Assembly (NCBI RefSeq): GCF_036321535.1
Contig: NC_087436.1
Coordinates: forward strand, 95,048,001-95,112,000
Source of the DNA: Camelus dromedarius
Lineage: Eukaryota
Length of the DNA: 64,000 nt
Direction of reading: 5' to 3'
The notes beneath the pieces are model-generated. The model did not search any database and was not told the origin of the DNA. It worked only from the letters and a program-made list of their open reading frames with translations. Shown here piece after piece: positions 24,391 through 36,685 of the stretch. Each line of letters opens with the position of its first letter. Positions within the stretch are counted from its first letter, which is position 1. A program made the position numbers and the translations under genes.

Positions 24391-26979
24391 ATAACTTACT
24401 CTGCAGAGTTTTCACATTTGGCTGACAGAGAGGTGTGGTCCAGAAATACAAAAGAAAACTGAGCACAGATGCAAGGGAGGAATCTAAAAAATATTATCTA
24501 AAGAAGAATATCAGGCAGAGAGGAGAACCATTACCCATTCCTTGAGCTCTGGGAGTAACTCAGGGCTTCACAGTTCCTTAGGGTAAATATCCACATTAAA
24601 TTCTAACAATGATTCAGAGTCACACTTAAAAATTTAGAGCTTGCCACATCTCTGTCCTTCATAGTGTATAAATCCAAGCCACAAATAACATTGTTAAAGC
24701 TTCTTACATACCACTATATGCTTGTCTGCTCCAGATTTGTTTGTTTCCAACTTTTCTGTTGCTTCAGTTCTATCTTCAAAATAATATGAAAAGTTAAATA
24801 AAATCAAGAGTTAGCACAACCCATATTTATTTATTTCTAAGGCACTACCTACAAGAAACTGCAGCTTAATTCTTAAATTTTAGTGATTGCTGGTCTTTGA
24901 AATGCAAATATTTAACGACATACTCTATGTGGCAATTTTCAATAATGCAATATTTTAGTGGATAAATTATGACAGTCAGAAAAAGCAAGATGCTTCAACC
25001 CTTTTTACCCTTGTTGCTGAATCTTGGAGGATTTGGCCCAGGGGATATTTGGAACTTGTTACTGGCTATTGCTCTTCTAACACTTTCAGCAGTTAGTCAT
25101 TGTAGGTAGAATGATCAAAAGTATTTGTAACAATTAGATTAAAATAAAATAGAACAATTGAGGGGAATAAAAGGTTCATGAAATATCTGAGAGCATATCA
25201 TGATTTTCTTATGATTTGCTAAATCAGAGAGACACATTGGTGTCCAGCTAGTGGTCACCACTAGATATGAGATAATGATCCCTGTGTCCTCAGAGCAGTC
25301 AGGCAGTGTCCTGGGACTTAGGGACCCTGGACTGGTCTCTTGATGTCCACCATCTGTACAGCACCAGAGAAGTCAGCTGCAGAGAACATGAAACAGCCCA
25401 ACAATGACAAAGAACCCATGGAACTGCCAGGGAAGTTTGTCTTCCAGGTGCTCAAGAATAGGAATACCAGCCTGAGCTCATATGAGGGAAGGAGGGATGG
25501 AGGTGGGGAGGAAGACAGAAGATCTACAAGTATAATCAAACACACACAAAACCCTCACAAATCCATAAAATGCAATATGGACAAAAGAATTAATAAATGA
25601 ATCAAAGCACTGTCATTCATAGAAAAGAACAGATTCTAACAAAACTAGTTTCAGTAAAATCAAAATTAAAGAGGAAAAGTATAGAAGTGGTTTAACTGCC
25701 TTTATAGGAAAATTCAACCAGGAACTAAACTGACTTAATGGTGTTATATCAAGTAAATACTTTCTTAAACAATTTCATCTCCATTGGTAAAGTTATGATT
25801 GGAGTGTTTGTATTCATAAGTAAGAGAATGTCTGAGGGAATCAAAACGGGGTCAAAATGGGGAGTAGAGTGTCCATTGACCATTTAGTGACACCTGTAAG
25901 ATCAGGGAAGAATTAAGGAACAGGATATCCCACCCGTCCCTACCAGCATCTCTACTGAAGACACTGCCTGACCTGTAATTCAGTGTGTCTCAGTGCAGTA
26001 ATTGGTGTGGGCCATAACTCTCATCAATTCCCCTCTTCTTTTGAATGTTCCTTGATGCTGTTCATAAAATAAGTCTTGTGTTTGACGTCCTACTCCCGTT
26101 TTGACTGTTCTTACACTCAGGTCATAAGGTCTCTTATCCCATGATTCCATTTGTTCATCAAACTGTTGCAGCCAATCAGAAGAAAAGACAGTTAATTCAT
26201 ATTCACCTTTGTTCCCTGCTTCTTAGTGCTGGCTCACCCATCATTCCATAAAGCCCAGGGCTGGGTGGGTAAGAACAAGAAATAGGGTAAATGGAATGGG
26301 ATGGGTGGTAGGGGTACAAGAGGGAGTGAGCAAGGAGAAAATGTTTGCTAATATCTGGTACCATTTTTTTTTTAAACCAGAATACAAGAACAAGAGAATA
26401 AAAATATTTGTTGGCACATATTCTTTATTCACCATGAATTTTGCCTACCCTTCATTTGTATTCTAAGACAATGCAGTTTATTTCACTGGGATTACCACAA
26501 TGAAAGATTTTTGTTTTTTGAAATGGGAACTGAAAATGTGGATTCTGTAACAATAATCACAGTGTTTATAGGTAGAATGATGAGTCCCATTCTTCTGCTT
26601 TTATACAATGTAGCAAAGTAGAACCAAAATTTTACACGTGTCTCTAGTTTATCCTGACATTGTGTACTGTTTGCTATCTTCTAGACATACTGTTTTCTGA
26701 ACACCAGAATCCAGGACTGTGCCCGGCACTTAAAAGGGGGTCAGCAGTCACTCAATAAGTAAATCAATGAATGATGTCCTTACAACCTGGACATAACTGA
26801 CATTCATCCTTTCATTTTTGGTGAGTGTATCATGGGTTTGCATTTACTCACACAGATTGGTAAGTATAGGAAAATAGCTTCAAATCTAGATGAAGACAAG
26901 ACTCCTTTACTTACTGAAATCATTTCTTTATTCTTTCTTGTTTAGAAGACAGTATGAAAGTGCTTAGATAGAAGATCAC

Positions 26980-27120
26980 TTTCTTAGTGGAAAGTAACTC
27001 AAAATGAAGACATCTCAGTTCAAGGCTTACTTTTTATAAAGTCTTACCCAAGAGGAAGTGAGTATGAGGTAAACTGCATAAACTTAAAGTACCGCAGAGA
27101 TGAAACTTAAACCAGGAAGA
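26980..27120 (+). promoter_or_regulatory. TMEM156: Putative TMEM156 proximal promoter
   Basis: TATAAA at 27035-27040, PU.1/ETS-type AGAGGAAGTG at 27051-27060 and a second CAGGAAG near 27113, just 5' of the start codon. Confidence 0.5.
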
Positions 27121-27171
27121 AACATGCCATCAGTGTACTTGATGGGAACACGTGTATCATGTGAATAGAAA

Positions 27172-27259
27172 ATGACAAAAACAGCCCTCCTTAAATTACT
27201 TTTGGCAATAGTGATCATGTTCATTTTAACTTTGCCGGAATATTTCAAGACACCAAAAG
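27172..27259 (+). CDS. TMEM156: TMEM156 coding exon 1 (signal peptide/anchor)
   Basis: MTKTALLKLLLAIVIMFILTLPEYFKTPK(G), recognisable TMEM156 N-terminus; donor G|GTGAGT; 88 nt, phase 1. Confidence 0.96.
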
Positions 27260-30200
27260 GTGAGTATTTAATTACAAACTACTTTTCCTTTTTGAATTTT
27301 TGAAAATTATGTCAGCTAATGGTTACAGGAAAGGCCTATTTGTTTTGGATACATGCTGCATAGGCTGAACTTCTATGTCTGAAAAGCTAATAAAATGAGA
27401 TTGCAATTTTAGTCGACTGTTACATAGTATAGCAATCTTACTCACAGTACTTAAGTATTGTAGCATATAATAATGAAATGAAAAAATGAAAAGAAATGTT
27501 TAAAATCTGTAGTCTAGCTTTCAAACACCGAGTTTACAAAAACCTCATAATATGATTTTGCTCTTTGAAAGTTTCTTTCAAAACGGTTTTAAGTATAGTT
27601 TACATCCTGGAATTATTTTATAAAGAAAGTAACATTTACCATGTTAAAAATGCTTGAATTCCCTCCATCACAACTATTTTACACAAATAACTTACTGTCA
27701 CTTTTTGGGGAAAAAATAGTATTAAGATTTTTTTCTCAAATACAGCTAAAATAAGATGGGTACAAATTTAAGCAGAGGTATATTTGTAACTAGAGAAAGA
27801 TGGAACAAAATGAACTCTGGATATTTCAGAAAATCGTGATATGATTGTTGAAACCTAGGGTAGGAAAAGAAATAGATGTAAATTTAAACTTTTTTTATAT
27901 GTCAGTAAAAACTTTGAAAATATATCAGTGTGATTGTTTGAATGGTAATTGTGCTTCCTAGCATTTAATAAGAAGAAATAGTAAAAAGAAAATGCTGTAT
28001 TCTATTTTTTAAAAAGTTATCATATAAATTTGATTAAAATCAGAGAAAAGCTTATATTTGATGACCTTTGCAATGATTATTTATTGCTGCGTATACATAA
28101 TACGAAGTGGCCACATAAAACATTTTTGCTAATTACATTTGGTTACGTATTGCAACGATTACTTAATATTGCATATATATCATGTGAAGTAGCAGATAAA
28201 ATATTTTTGCTAAATAAACACTGAATGTGCAATTTTGTGAATAATTGAATTTTTCAAATTTCTCTATTTTCTGGGATTATGTTGCTTAGATTAAGCAATC
28301 ATAGCATATATTTTTAATTCTTGATTTCACTGAGTGAAACTATAAAAAGAATAGTTAGAATTGGAATGGACATAACCTATTTCAATTTTTAAGCTGTTGT
28401 GGGCTGAGAGTAAGCTCATTTAATAGTTGTCTAAGGTAGGTCAATTAGTTTTATCTAGCACCTTCAAAAAAATGGATTGGATCTAATAAAAACCAGATAA
28501 TCAGCCTAAAAAGATTTAATGATCTACTTGCTAACCATTGGCTAATGTTTTATGAGGATCAGTGACTAAGAGTATGTTAAAAGTTTTTCTGTTGTGGGGG
28601 CAGATAGCTCAAGGATAATCAACCGTATTTGTTTGTTTAGTTTTCTAACTAATTACGTTAGCTTCCAATACTATTTTTACTGCCTCCTCAAACTTAAAAT
28701 AGCCATTTCTCTTTTCCTGGTCCAAAAGCAATGTAGATATTTCCTCCAACTCTTTCTGAAGTGATGGATTTATTTGAGAATTTTGTTTCAAAGGAACTAT
28801 CCTTGTTGCCAACAAACAAAACTGCTTGAAAACCACCATCTTGTCCTAATGTTATTTTGTGGTAGCAGGAATTTTGCACAGAGCCACCACAAATGAAAAG
28901 TTGATTATTAGGCAAAATGTTTTACACATGCAATAGTGTAATAATAATGCTTTATATTTTATAATGGTTTATGGATTACCAAGAGCAAGTTCATATAACC
29001 TTATTTTATACAGTTCTATATTGATTAAACAAAGGAAACATAATTGTTTTGCCTTTTTAAAGTATTTTTTAATCACAATAATAGTTGCCTTATGAAATGA
29101 TTTGACTTGTTAACTAGTGTACTTCATAAAATATCTAGTAAGATTATTTAGATGATAAGAGTGTTCCAGGAGTGCTAAAATTAACCTTGAGAATCGCCTG
29201 TGTAGTCTTACCCTCCCTATCAGTTATTTGCATCTTCTTTTCATTCTTTTTTTATGTTCTATTCACTTTAATTTCCAGGATAAATATTATAAAATGATTT
29301 TTACTTATAAATTATTTACTGATACACTGCCTTTAACATGTCATATGAATTCAAAAGGAATCTTAATGAGGAATAATGTATTCACAAGGTTTAATAGATT
29401 TGATTTTGAAATAATAAACCCTCTGAAGGCCTAAATTAAAAATAGAGCACTGTGTTTGATCATTTTTCATCAAGAATGTATTTGAGTCTCTGAATAATCT
29501 TACTCAGAATATTCAATTATTATAATCACATAGGATAAGTTATTTACCTAACTTTACCAAAGGGAACTTCTCCAATGGTGTTTGGAGCTTTTAATGAGTT
29601 TGCATTGGTATGTGCTGGCAAGATAGCCTATTCTAGCTTTCAGTTTACTGGAAAGGCAGCTTACACTAAGATACAGTGGTGAATATAATGGTTTGATACT
29701 CTCAGATTGAATTAGATAATAGAGATGTAAAAGGGGATGGGTATGTTTTTATTCAGAGTTTCTTGAAATTAAGGGAGCTGGGTTGTCCCAAACAAGTGAC
29801 TTTACCAACCTGCTTTTGGTGGACTTACAGTACGTAAGAGAGATCTGATTAACTCATCTAAATTTCAGGGTCTTTTATTTATTTATTCTTTCACTCATGA
29901 ATAGTGTCTTACGGATACTAGGAACACAAGGCTACAAAAATGAAAGGCAATTCTACCTTCAAAAAGCTTTCAGTCAAGCGGAGGACTGACTGGTAAATAA
30001 TTAAATACAACATGGAAATTACTAAAATAGCGATGTAAAGAGGTGCAAAGGGAACATAATTGTGGCTTCCAGTCCTGTCTGGGGGGTGATGTTTCTTCCA
30101 TTTTTGTTTGCATAGAGAAGTAAGTATCAGAGTTCTAATGATCGCCTAATATTTCTCCTTAGCTGCTTGCAGGAACACTTTCTAAAAGAAGCAATTGTTA

Positions 30201-32829
30201 TTGATTTTCAAATAAAATATACTTATTTTGATATCTCAGAAATTCTTGAAACCAGAAATTTTAGTGACTTATGGGTGTGTGTTCCTGATTGTGGTGACAA
30301 GGGCCAGGAATAGCACAGGTGAAAACACCTCAAACCTAATTTTACCTAGCTGTTTTGACTTCCTCTCTTAAGAGCCAAACTGACAAAAGATGTTTACCAG
30401 CTTTCATTGCCCCCTCCTCCCACAACTCACACTTTCTGATGGAAATGGTACTATAGTAAGCAGTGAAACTGAAGAAAACAAAGGATAACAGGAACTTTAA
30501 ATATTCACAAACTATAGGATAAACCCTGAAACATATAAGGATATGTACATATTACTTATGTCTATATCATAAAGAACAGTGTTATCAAGGTAACTGCAAT
30601 TAATTTGTGAAATTGTTACCTAGTTCTCAAAAACCGGGCACTTTATTTTCTTATTGGCTGGCTCATTAATAATTCAATCAGTAATCCCCAATCAGGTTTG
30701 GGATATAGTCATGATCATTAAAATTTTTTTAATTTAATAAATACTTGTACATACATATATAGTTACTACATACCAAGTTTTTTTTTTTTTACATATAATA
30801 ACTCATTTCAACTCATTAAATATTTCAACTCATTGATGGTGAAGCATCATTCTCAAGGGAGACTATTTGGAAAATCTTTGGAAAGAAGGAACAAATCTAG
30901 ATGGATAAATTGGCTTTGCTGAAAGATTTTATTTCTTACTGAGTTTCCTGAATCATTATAGTTTTAAAATGCCTATTGATGGACACACAGTACGTTTCAG
31001 ACATTTCAGACAATATATACTGCCAAAAAAAAAAAAAAAATACTGCTGAAAATAATGTTTTTCACTGCTTTGGCGGAAATGGCCTTGTTGTCTCCTGGGT
31101 TAGGTTACAATGCCAGCAACCCTTGCTTGGGATGCTTTTGAATTAGCCGTCTCATTCATTTGCACTGGTGGATAAATGCTCTCTCTGTATATCCTTTGTG
31201 GTTTTATAGAAAAAACGGCTTTCTCTAAAGCATTACTATAGTGCTGTATCTTCCCCTTATACTGCTCTGTTCCTTTTCTCCTTAGCACTTATCACCTATA
31301 TTATTTACTTATTTAGTGTTTTGTTGTTGTTGTTGTTGCCTGATTTCTCCAAACAGAATTCAAACTCAATGAAAATGAGGTTTTTGTCTATTTGTTCATA
31401 TATCAAGCACTTAGGACAATACCTGCCACATTAGAAGGCCCTCAACGAGTATTTGTTGATTAAATAAAAATTCTGAGTCATATTGTAAAGGAAATTAAAA
31501 GTACTGTAAAAGAAATAAAAAAAGAAAATGTTTTCTGGAAGGAAGCATTTCTCATCAGAGCCTGACAATCATCTTTTGATTTAGGTAGGCAAGGCAATTT
31601 TTTCCTCATCTTACATTGTTGAAACATAAAATTTCATCATAAACCTAGAACTTTGAAGTTGTGCAGCCTCTGAAATTTATTTCACAGAAGATATGCAACT
31701 CTCTACTCTGAGTCATTCTTCTTACTTTTTCCCCCAATGGAGAATTTCATTATGTGCATTTACTTTTCTTGTTTTGACAAGTAAAATCAGCAATCTCTTT
31801 CTTATGTCCCAAATCTGCCTTTCATAGACTACTACTGTAAATTTAAAGTGACCCCAAACCTTGCCCCTTCCTCCAAGGAAATATTTTAAATGGTCTTCCC
31901 CACATGATCTATGAATAAATCTATATCCTGTCTAGACTCCTCTGGTCCTAAAATGGTTAACACCATGGATGTATCATTTATACACAACATGACCTTTTTC
32001 ACGCTTTCCCACTCAATATTACTAGGGAAGCTTCAACTGTTGGACCCAAATGGAAATATAATTGAGTTTTTGCTATTGAATTCGATACTTTTTTGAGTCT
32101 ATGCCAACTGCTAAAGAGGCAGACCTGTGACCAAAGGGTAGCAACTATTTTAACTAATGTCTTCGTAAATTTGGCAGCTAAGCCATAAGCTCCTATCCTG
32201 GCAGCTAATATATATATTTTAATTCCTGTGAAATTAATTTATTATGGAATGATAAATTATTATTTATGAAAAATAAATTTATTATGGCTTTAATTTTTTT
32301 CTTAATATCTTTATGCAGTATATGTGGTTATAGACTTCAGAATTTTTTAATTAAAAATTTTAAATAGAAGTATAATTGACTTACAATATTATATTAGTTT
32401 CAGGTGTACAACAGAATGATTTGATATTTTTATATATTACAAGATGATCACCACAATAAGTCTAGTTACCGTCTGTCACCATGCAAAGTTATTACAATAT
32501 TATTGATTACATTCCCCATGCTGGACATTACAAAATTGAGACTTATTTATTTTATAACTGGAAGTTTGTATCTCTTAATTGCCCTCACCTATTTCACTCT
32601 TCCCCTCACCCTCCTCTCCTCTGACAACCACCAGTTTGTTCTCTGTATCTGTGAGTCTGTTTTGTTATGTTTATTTTGTTTTCTAGATTCTACATGTAAG
32701 TAAAATCATACAGTATTTGCCTTTCTTTGTCTAATTTCACTTAGCATAATACAATCTAGGTGCATCTGTGTTGTCACAGATGGCAAGGTTTCATCATTTT
32801 CTAGGCTGCCCAATATTCCAGTGAATATA

Positions 32830-33064
32830 CAATTGGCCCTTGAACAACACAGTTGTTAGGGATGCTGACTGTCCTGGAAGTGAAAAATTTGTCTATAACT
32901 TATAGTCAACCCTCTGAATATGCAGTTCCCCCACATCCATGGTCCTGCATCTGCAGATTCAACTGACTGTGGATTGTGGAATACTGTTGTGTTTACTATT
33001 GAAAAAAAATCCATGGAGAAGTGAACCCACGCAGTTCAAACCCGTGTAGTTCAAGGGTCACCTA
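32830..33064. mobile_element. Tigger2-like (Tc1/mariner) MITE nested in the L1 3' region
   Basis: Terminal inverted repeats CAATTGGCCCTTGAACAACAC / GTGTAGTTCAAGGGTCACC, inserted after TA; L1 continues either side. Confidence 0.8.
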
Positions 33065-34325
33065 TGTATGCCACATCTTCTTTGTCTATTCACCTTGGAT
33101 ACTTAGGTTGCTTCCATATCCTGGCTATTGTAAATACTGCTGCAACGAACATAGGGGTACACATATCTTTTTGAATTAGTGTTTTTGTTTTCTTTGGAAA
33201 AATACCCAGAAGTGGAATTTCTGGATCAATGGTAGTTTTTATTTCTTTGAGTAAACTTCATACTGTTTTCCATAGTGGCTGCCCCAATTTACAGTCCCAC
33301 CAATAGTGCACGAGGGTTCCTTTTTCTCCACCTCCTCACCAATGCTTATTTGTTGTCTTTTTGATAATAGCAGTTTGGACAGATGTGAGGTGGCATCTTA
33401 TCGTGGCTTTGATTTATATTTACCTGGCGATTAGTGATGTTGAGAATCTTTTCATGTATCTGTTGGCCATCTATATGTCTTATTTGGAAAGTCTATTCAG
33501 ATCCTTGACCCACTTTTTGATTGGTTTGTTTGGTTTTTTGATGTTGAATTGTATGAATTCTTTGTATATTTTGGATGTTAACCCCTTATCAGATGTATCA
33601 TTTGCAAGTACCTTCTCCCACTCAGTAGGTGGCCTTTTTGTTTTGCTGGTAGTTTTCTTCACTATGCAAAAGCTTTTTAGTTTGATATAGTCCCATTTGT
33701 TTATTTTTGCTTTTGTTTCCCTTGCCTGAGCAGACAGATCCAAAAAATCTTACTAAGACCAATGTCAAAAAGCATAATGCCTATGTTTTCTTCTGGAAGA
33801 TTTATGGTTTTAGGTCTTACATTTAAATTCTTTAATCCATTTTGAGTTTATTTTTGTATGTGCTGTGAGAAGTAGTCCAGTTTGATTCTTTTGCATGTAT
33901 CATTCCAGTTTTCCCAACATCATTTATTGAAAAGGCAGTCTTTTCCCCATTGTATATTCTTGCCTCCATCATGGATTAATTGACCATTTAAGTGTGGGTT
34001 TATTTCTGGGCTCTCTATTTTTTTCCTTTGATCTGTGTGCCTGTTTTTGCGCCAGTAACATGCTGTTTTGATTACTGTAGCTTTGTTGTATAATTTGAAA
34101 CCAGGATATGTGATAGCTCCAGCTTTGTTCTTCCCCCCACCCCAAGATTTTTTTACTATCTGGGGTCTTTGTGTTTCCGTGTAAATTTTACAATTATTTG
34201 TTCCAGTTCTGTGGACAGTGTCATCCCTGCATCCCTGGGTTAATCCCACTTCATCATGGAGTGTGACCTTTTTAATATTTGTTGAATTCAGTTTGCTAAG
34301 ATTTTCAGTGATATTGGCCTATAAT

Positions 34326-34383
34326 TGTGTGTGTGTGTGTGTGTGTGTGTCTGTGTGTGTGTGTCTGTGTGTGTCTGTGTGTG
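34326..34383 (+). repeat. (TG)n / (TCTGTG)n microsatellite
   Basis: Seen directly. Confidence 0.95.
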
Positions 34384-36183
34384 ATATCTTTGGTTTTAGT
34401 ATCAGGGTGATGCTGGCCTTGTAGAATGAGTTTGGAAACATTCCTTCCTCTTCAGTTTTTTGGAACAGTTTGAATAGGATAGCTGTTAATTTTTCTTTAA
34501 ATGTTTGGTAGACTTTACCCGTGAAGCTCTCTGGTCCTGGACTTTTGTTTGTTTGGCGTTTTTAAATTACTGATTCAATTTCATTACTATGAATTTGTCT
34601 GTTCATGTTTTCTATTTCCTCTTGATTTAGTCTTGGGAAGTTGTACATTTCTAAGAATTTATCCATTTCTTCTAGATTGCTTTTTATTGGTATTTTACTG
34701 TTCCTAGCAATCTCTTATGATCCTTTGTATTTCTGTGATGTTAGTCGTAACTTCTATTTTGTTTCAGATTTTATTAATTTGGGCCCTCTCTCTCTTTTTC
34801 TTGAATATCTGGCTAGAGACTTATCAATTTGTTTATGTTTTCCAAGAATCAGCTCTTAGTTTAATTGATCTTTTCTAATTTTTTTTAGTCTTTATTTCAT
34901 TATTTCTGCTCTGATCTTTATGATTTTTTTCTTCTACTAACTCTGGGGTTTGTTCATTCTTCTTCTTGTGGTTCCTTTAAGTGTAAGATTGTTTACTTGA
35001 GATTTTTCTTGTTTCTTGAGTCAAGCCTGTATCACTATAAACTTCCCTCTTAGAATTGCCTTTGTCGTATCTCATAAATTTTGGGTCATTCTGTTTCCAT
35101 TTGCATTTGTCCTCAGGTATTTAAAAAAATTCCCTCTTTGATTTCTGCAGTGACCCACTGGTTGCTTAGTAGCATATTGTTTAGCCTCCATCTGTTTGTG
35201 TTTTTTCATAACTTTTTCCTTGTAGTTGATTTCTAGTCTCATAACATTGTGGTCAGAAAAGATACTTGATATGATTTCAATCTTCTTAAATTTACTGGGA
35301 CTTAATTTTGTGGGCTAGCATGAGATCTATCATGGAGAACATTTCATGTGCATTTGGAAAGAATCTGCATTCTGCTGCTTTGGGATGGAATGTTTTACAT
35401 ATATCTATTAAGTCTATCTGGTCTAATCTATCGTTTAAGGCCAGTGTTTCCTTATTGATTTTCTGTCTGGATGATTTGTCCATTGATGTAAGTGGGGTGT
35501 TAAGTTCCCTGTTACTGCATTACTGTCAATTTCTGTCTTTATATTTGTTAATACATGCTTTATGTATGTTGGCTGCATATATATTTACAATTTTTCTATC
35601 TTCTTGGATTGATTCCATTATCATTATGTAATGTCATTCTTTGTCTCTTGTTACAGTCTTTGCTTTAATATCTGGAAATACATATTGTTTTCAGGCACTT
35701 ATGGAACTTATAAAAATTCACCATATCCTAGGTCATGAAAGTAAATAAACCACAATAAATTTCAAACAATCTTTGATATACATATCTGACTAAATACAAT
35801 TAAGCTAGACTCTAGTAATAAAAAGAAAACTAAAAACAAACAATGTATTTGGAAATGTAAAAAGTTGACTTCTAAGCAACCCATGAATGAGAAGAAATCA
35901 AAATGAAAATTAGAATGTGGTAATAATTGAATGATAATACAAATAGTATCTATTAAAGCTTGTGGGATATAAAAATGGTAGGTATTTAGAAGAAAGTTTA
36001 AATACTTATATATAAGATATCAAAAGAACAGTGAGATAAACCCAAGGGAAGTAGAAGCCAGGGAATAATAAAGACAGAAGCAAAAGTCAATGGAATTAAA
36101 AGATAGAATAGAATGGATCAATGAAGTCAGAAGTTGGTTCTTTGGAAAGACTAATTAAATGGACCCACCTCTGGAGTGATTGA

Positions 36184-36685
36184 TGTGTTAGTTTCTAATG
36201 GCTGCTGCACAAATGACCACAAACTTAGTAGCTTAAAACAATACAAATACGTTATCTTATAGTTCTGTAGGTAGAAGTCCAACAGAGCTCTCACTGGGCC
36301 AAAGGCAGGGTGTTAGTAGGGCTGCATTCTTTTCAGAGGTTCTGGGAAAGAATCCATTTTCTTGTCTTTTCCAGCTCCTGGAAGCAGCCTGCTTTCCTTG
36401 ACTTGCTGCTTCCTTCCATCTTTGAAGCGAGCAATAGCTTGTCAAGTGTTTCTTGCATCTTACCACTCTGGCACAGTTATTATTGCATTATGCCCACCCA
36501 GATAATCCAGAATAATTTCCCTATTTTAAGAACAGTTTATCAGCAATTTTAATTCCATCTTTTGCCTTAGTTTCTCTTTGTCATGTAATGTATCATGTAA
36601 TGTATGTTATGTAATGTATCATATTGACAGGTTCTGGGAATTAGCATGTGGACATCTTTGGGAGGTCATTATTCTGCCTACTAAA
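36184..36685 (-). mobile_element. MaLR LTR (MLT1C-like)
   Basis: TGTGTTAGTTTC...CCACAAACTTAGTAGCTTAAAACAA...GGACATCTTTGGGAGGTCATTATTCTGCCTAC. Confidence 0.85.

Larger units (their letters stand above)
32345..35670 (-). mobile_element. L1 (L1MA-like), decayed ORF2 plus 3'UTR, with an internal deletion near 34215
   Basis: ORF2 peptide remnants on - strand ([33 protein letters not shown]...DLIDI); 3'UTR at the left end. Confidence 0.92.

Noticed and set aside
33361..35631. ORFs with reverse transcriptase/endonuclease-like peptides
   Set aside because: Fragmented L1 ORF2 with stops, frameshifts and a deletion; not an intact gene
35290..35800. Head-to-head L1 junction suggesting a twin-priming inversion
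   Set aside because: The two halves overlap in L1 coordinates (both in the endonuclease region) and differ in divergence, so they look like two independent insertions
36580..36625. Short ATGTAATGTAT repeats, and the similar AATACCAGGTA repeats near 60890-60930
   Set aside because: Ordinary slippage duplications within old transposons
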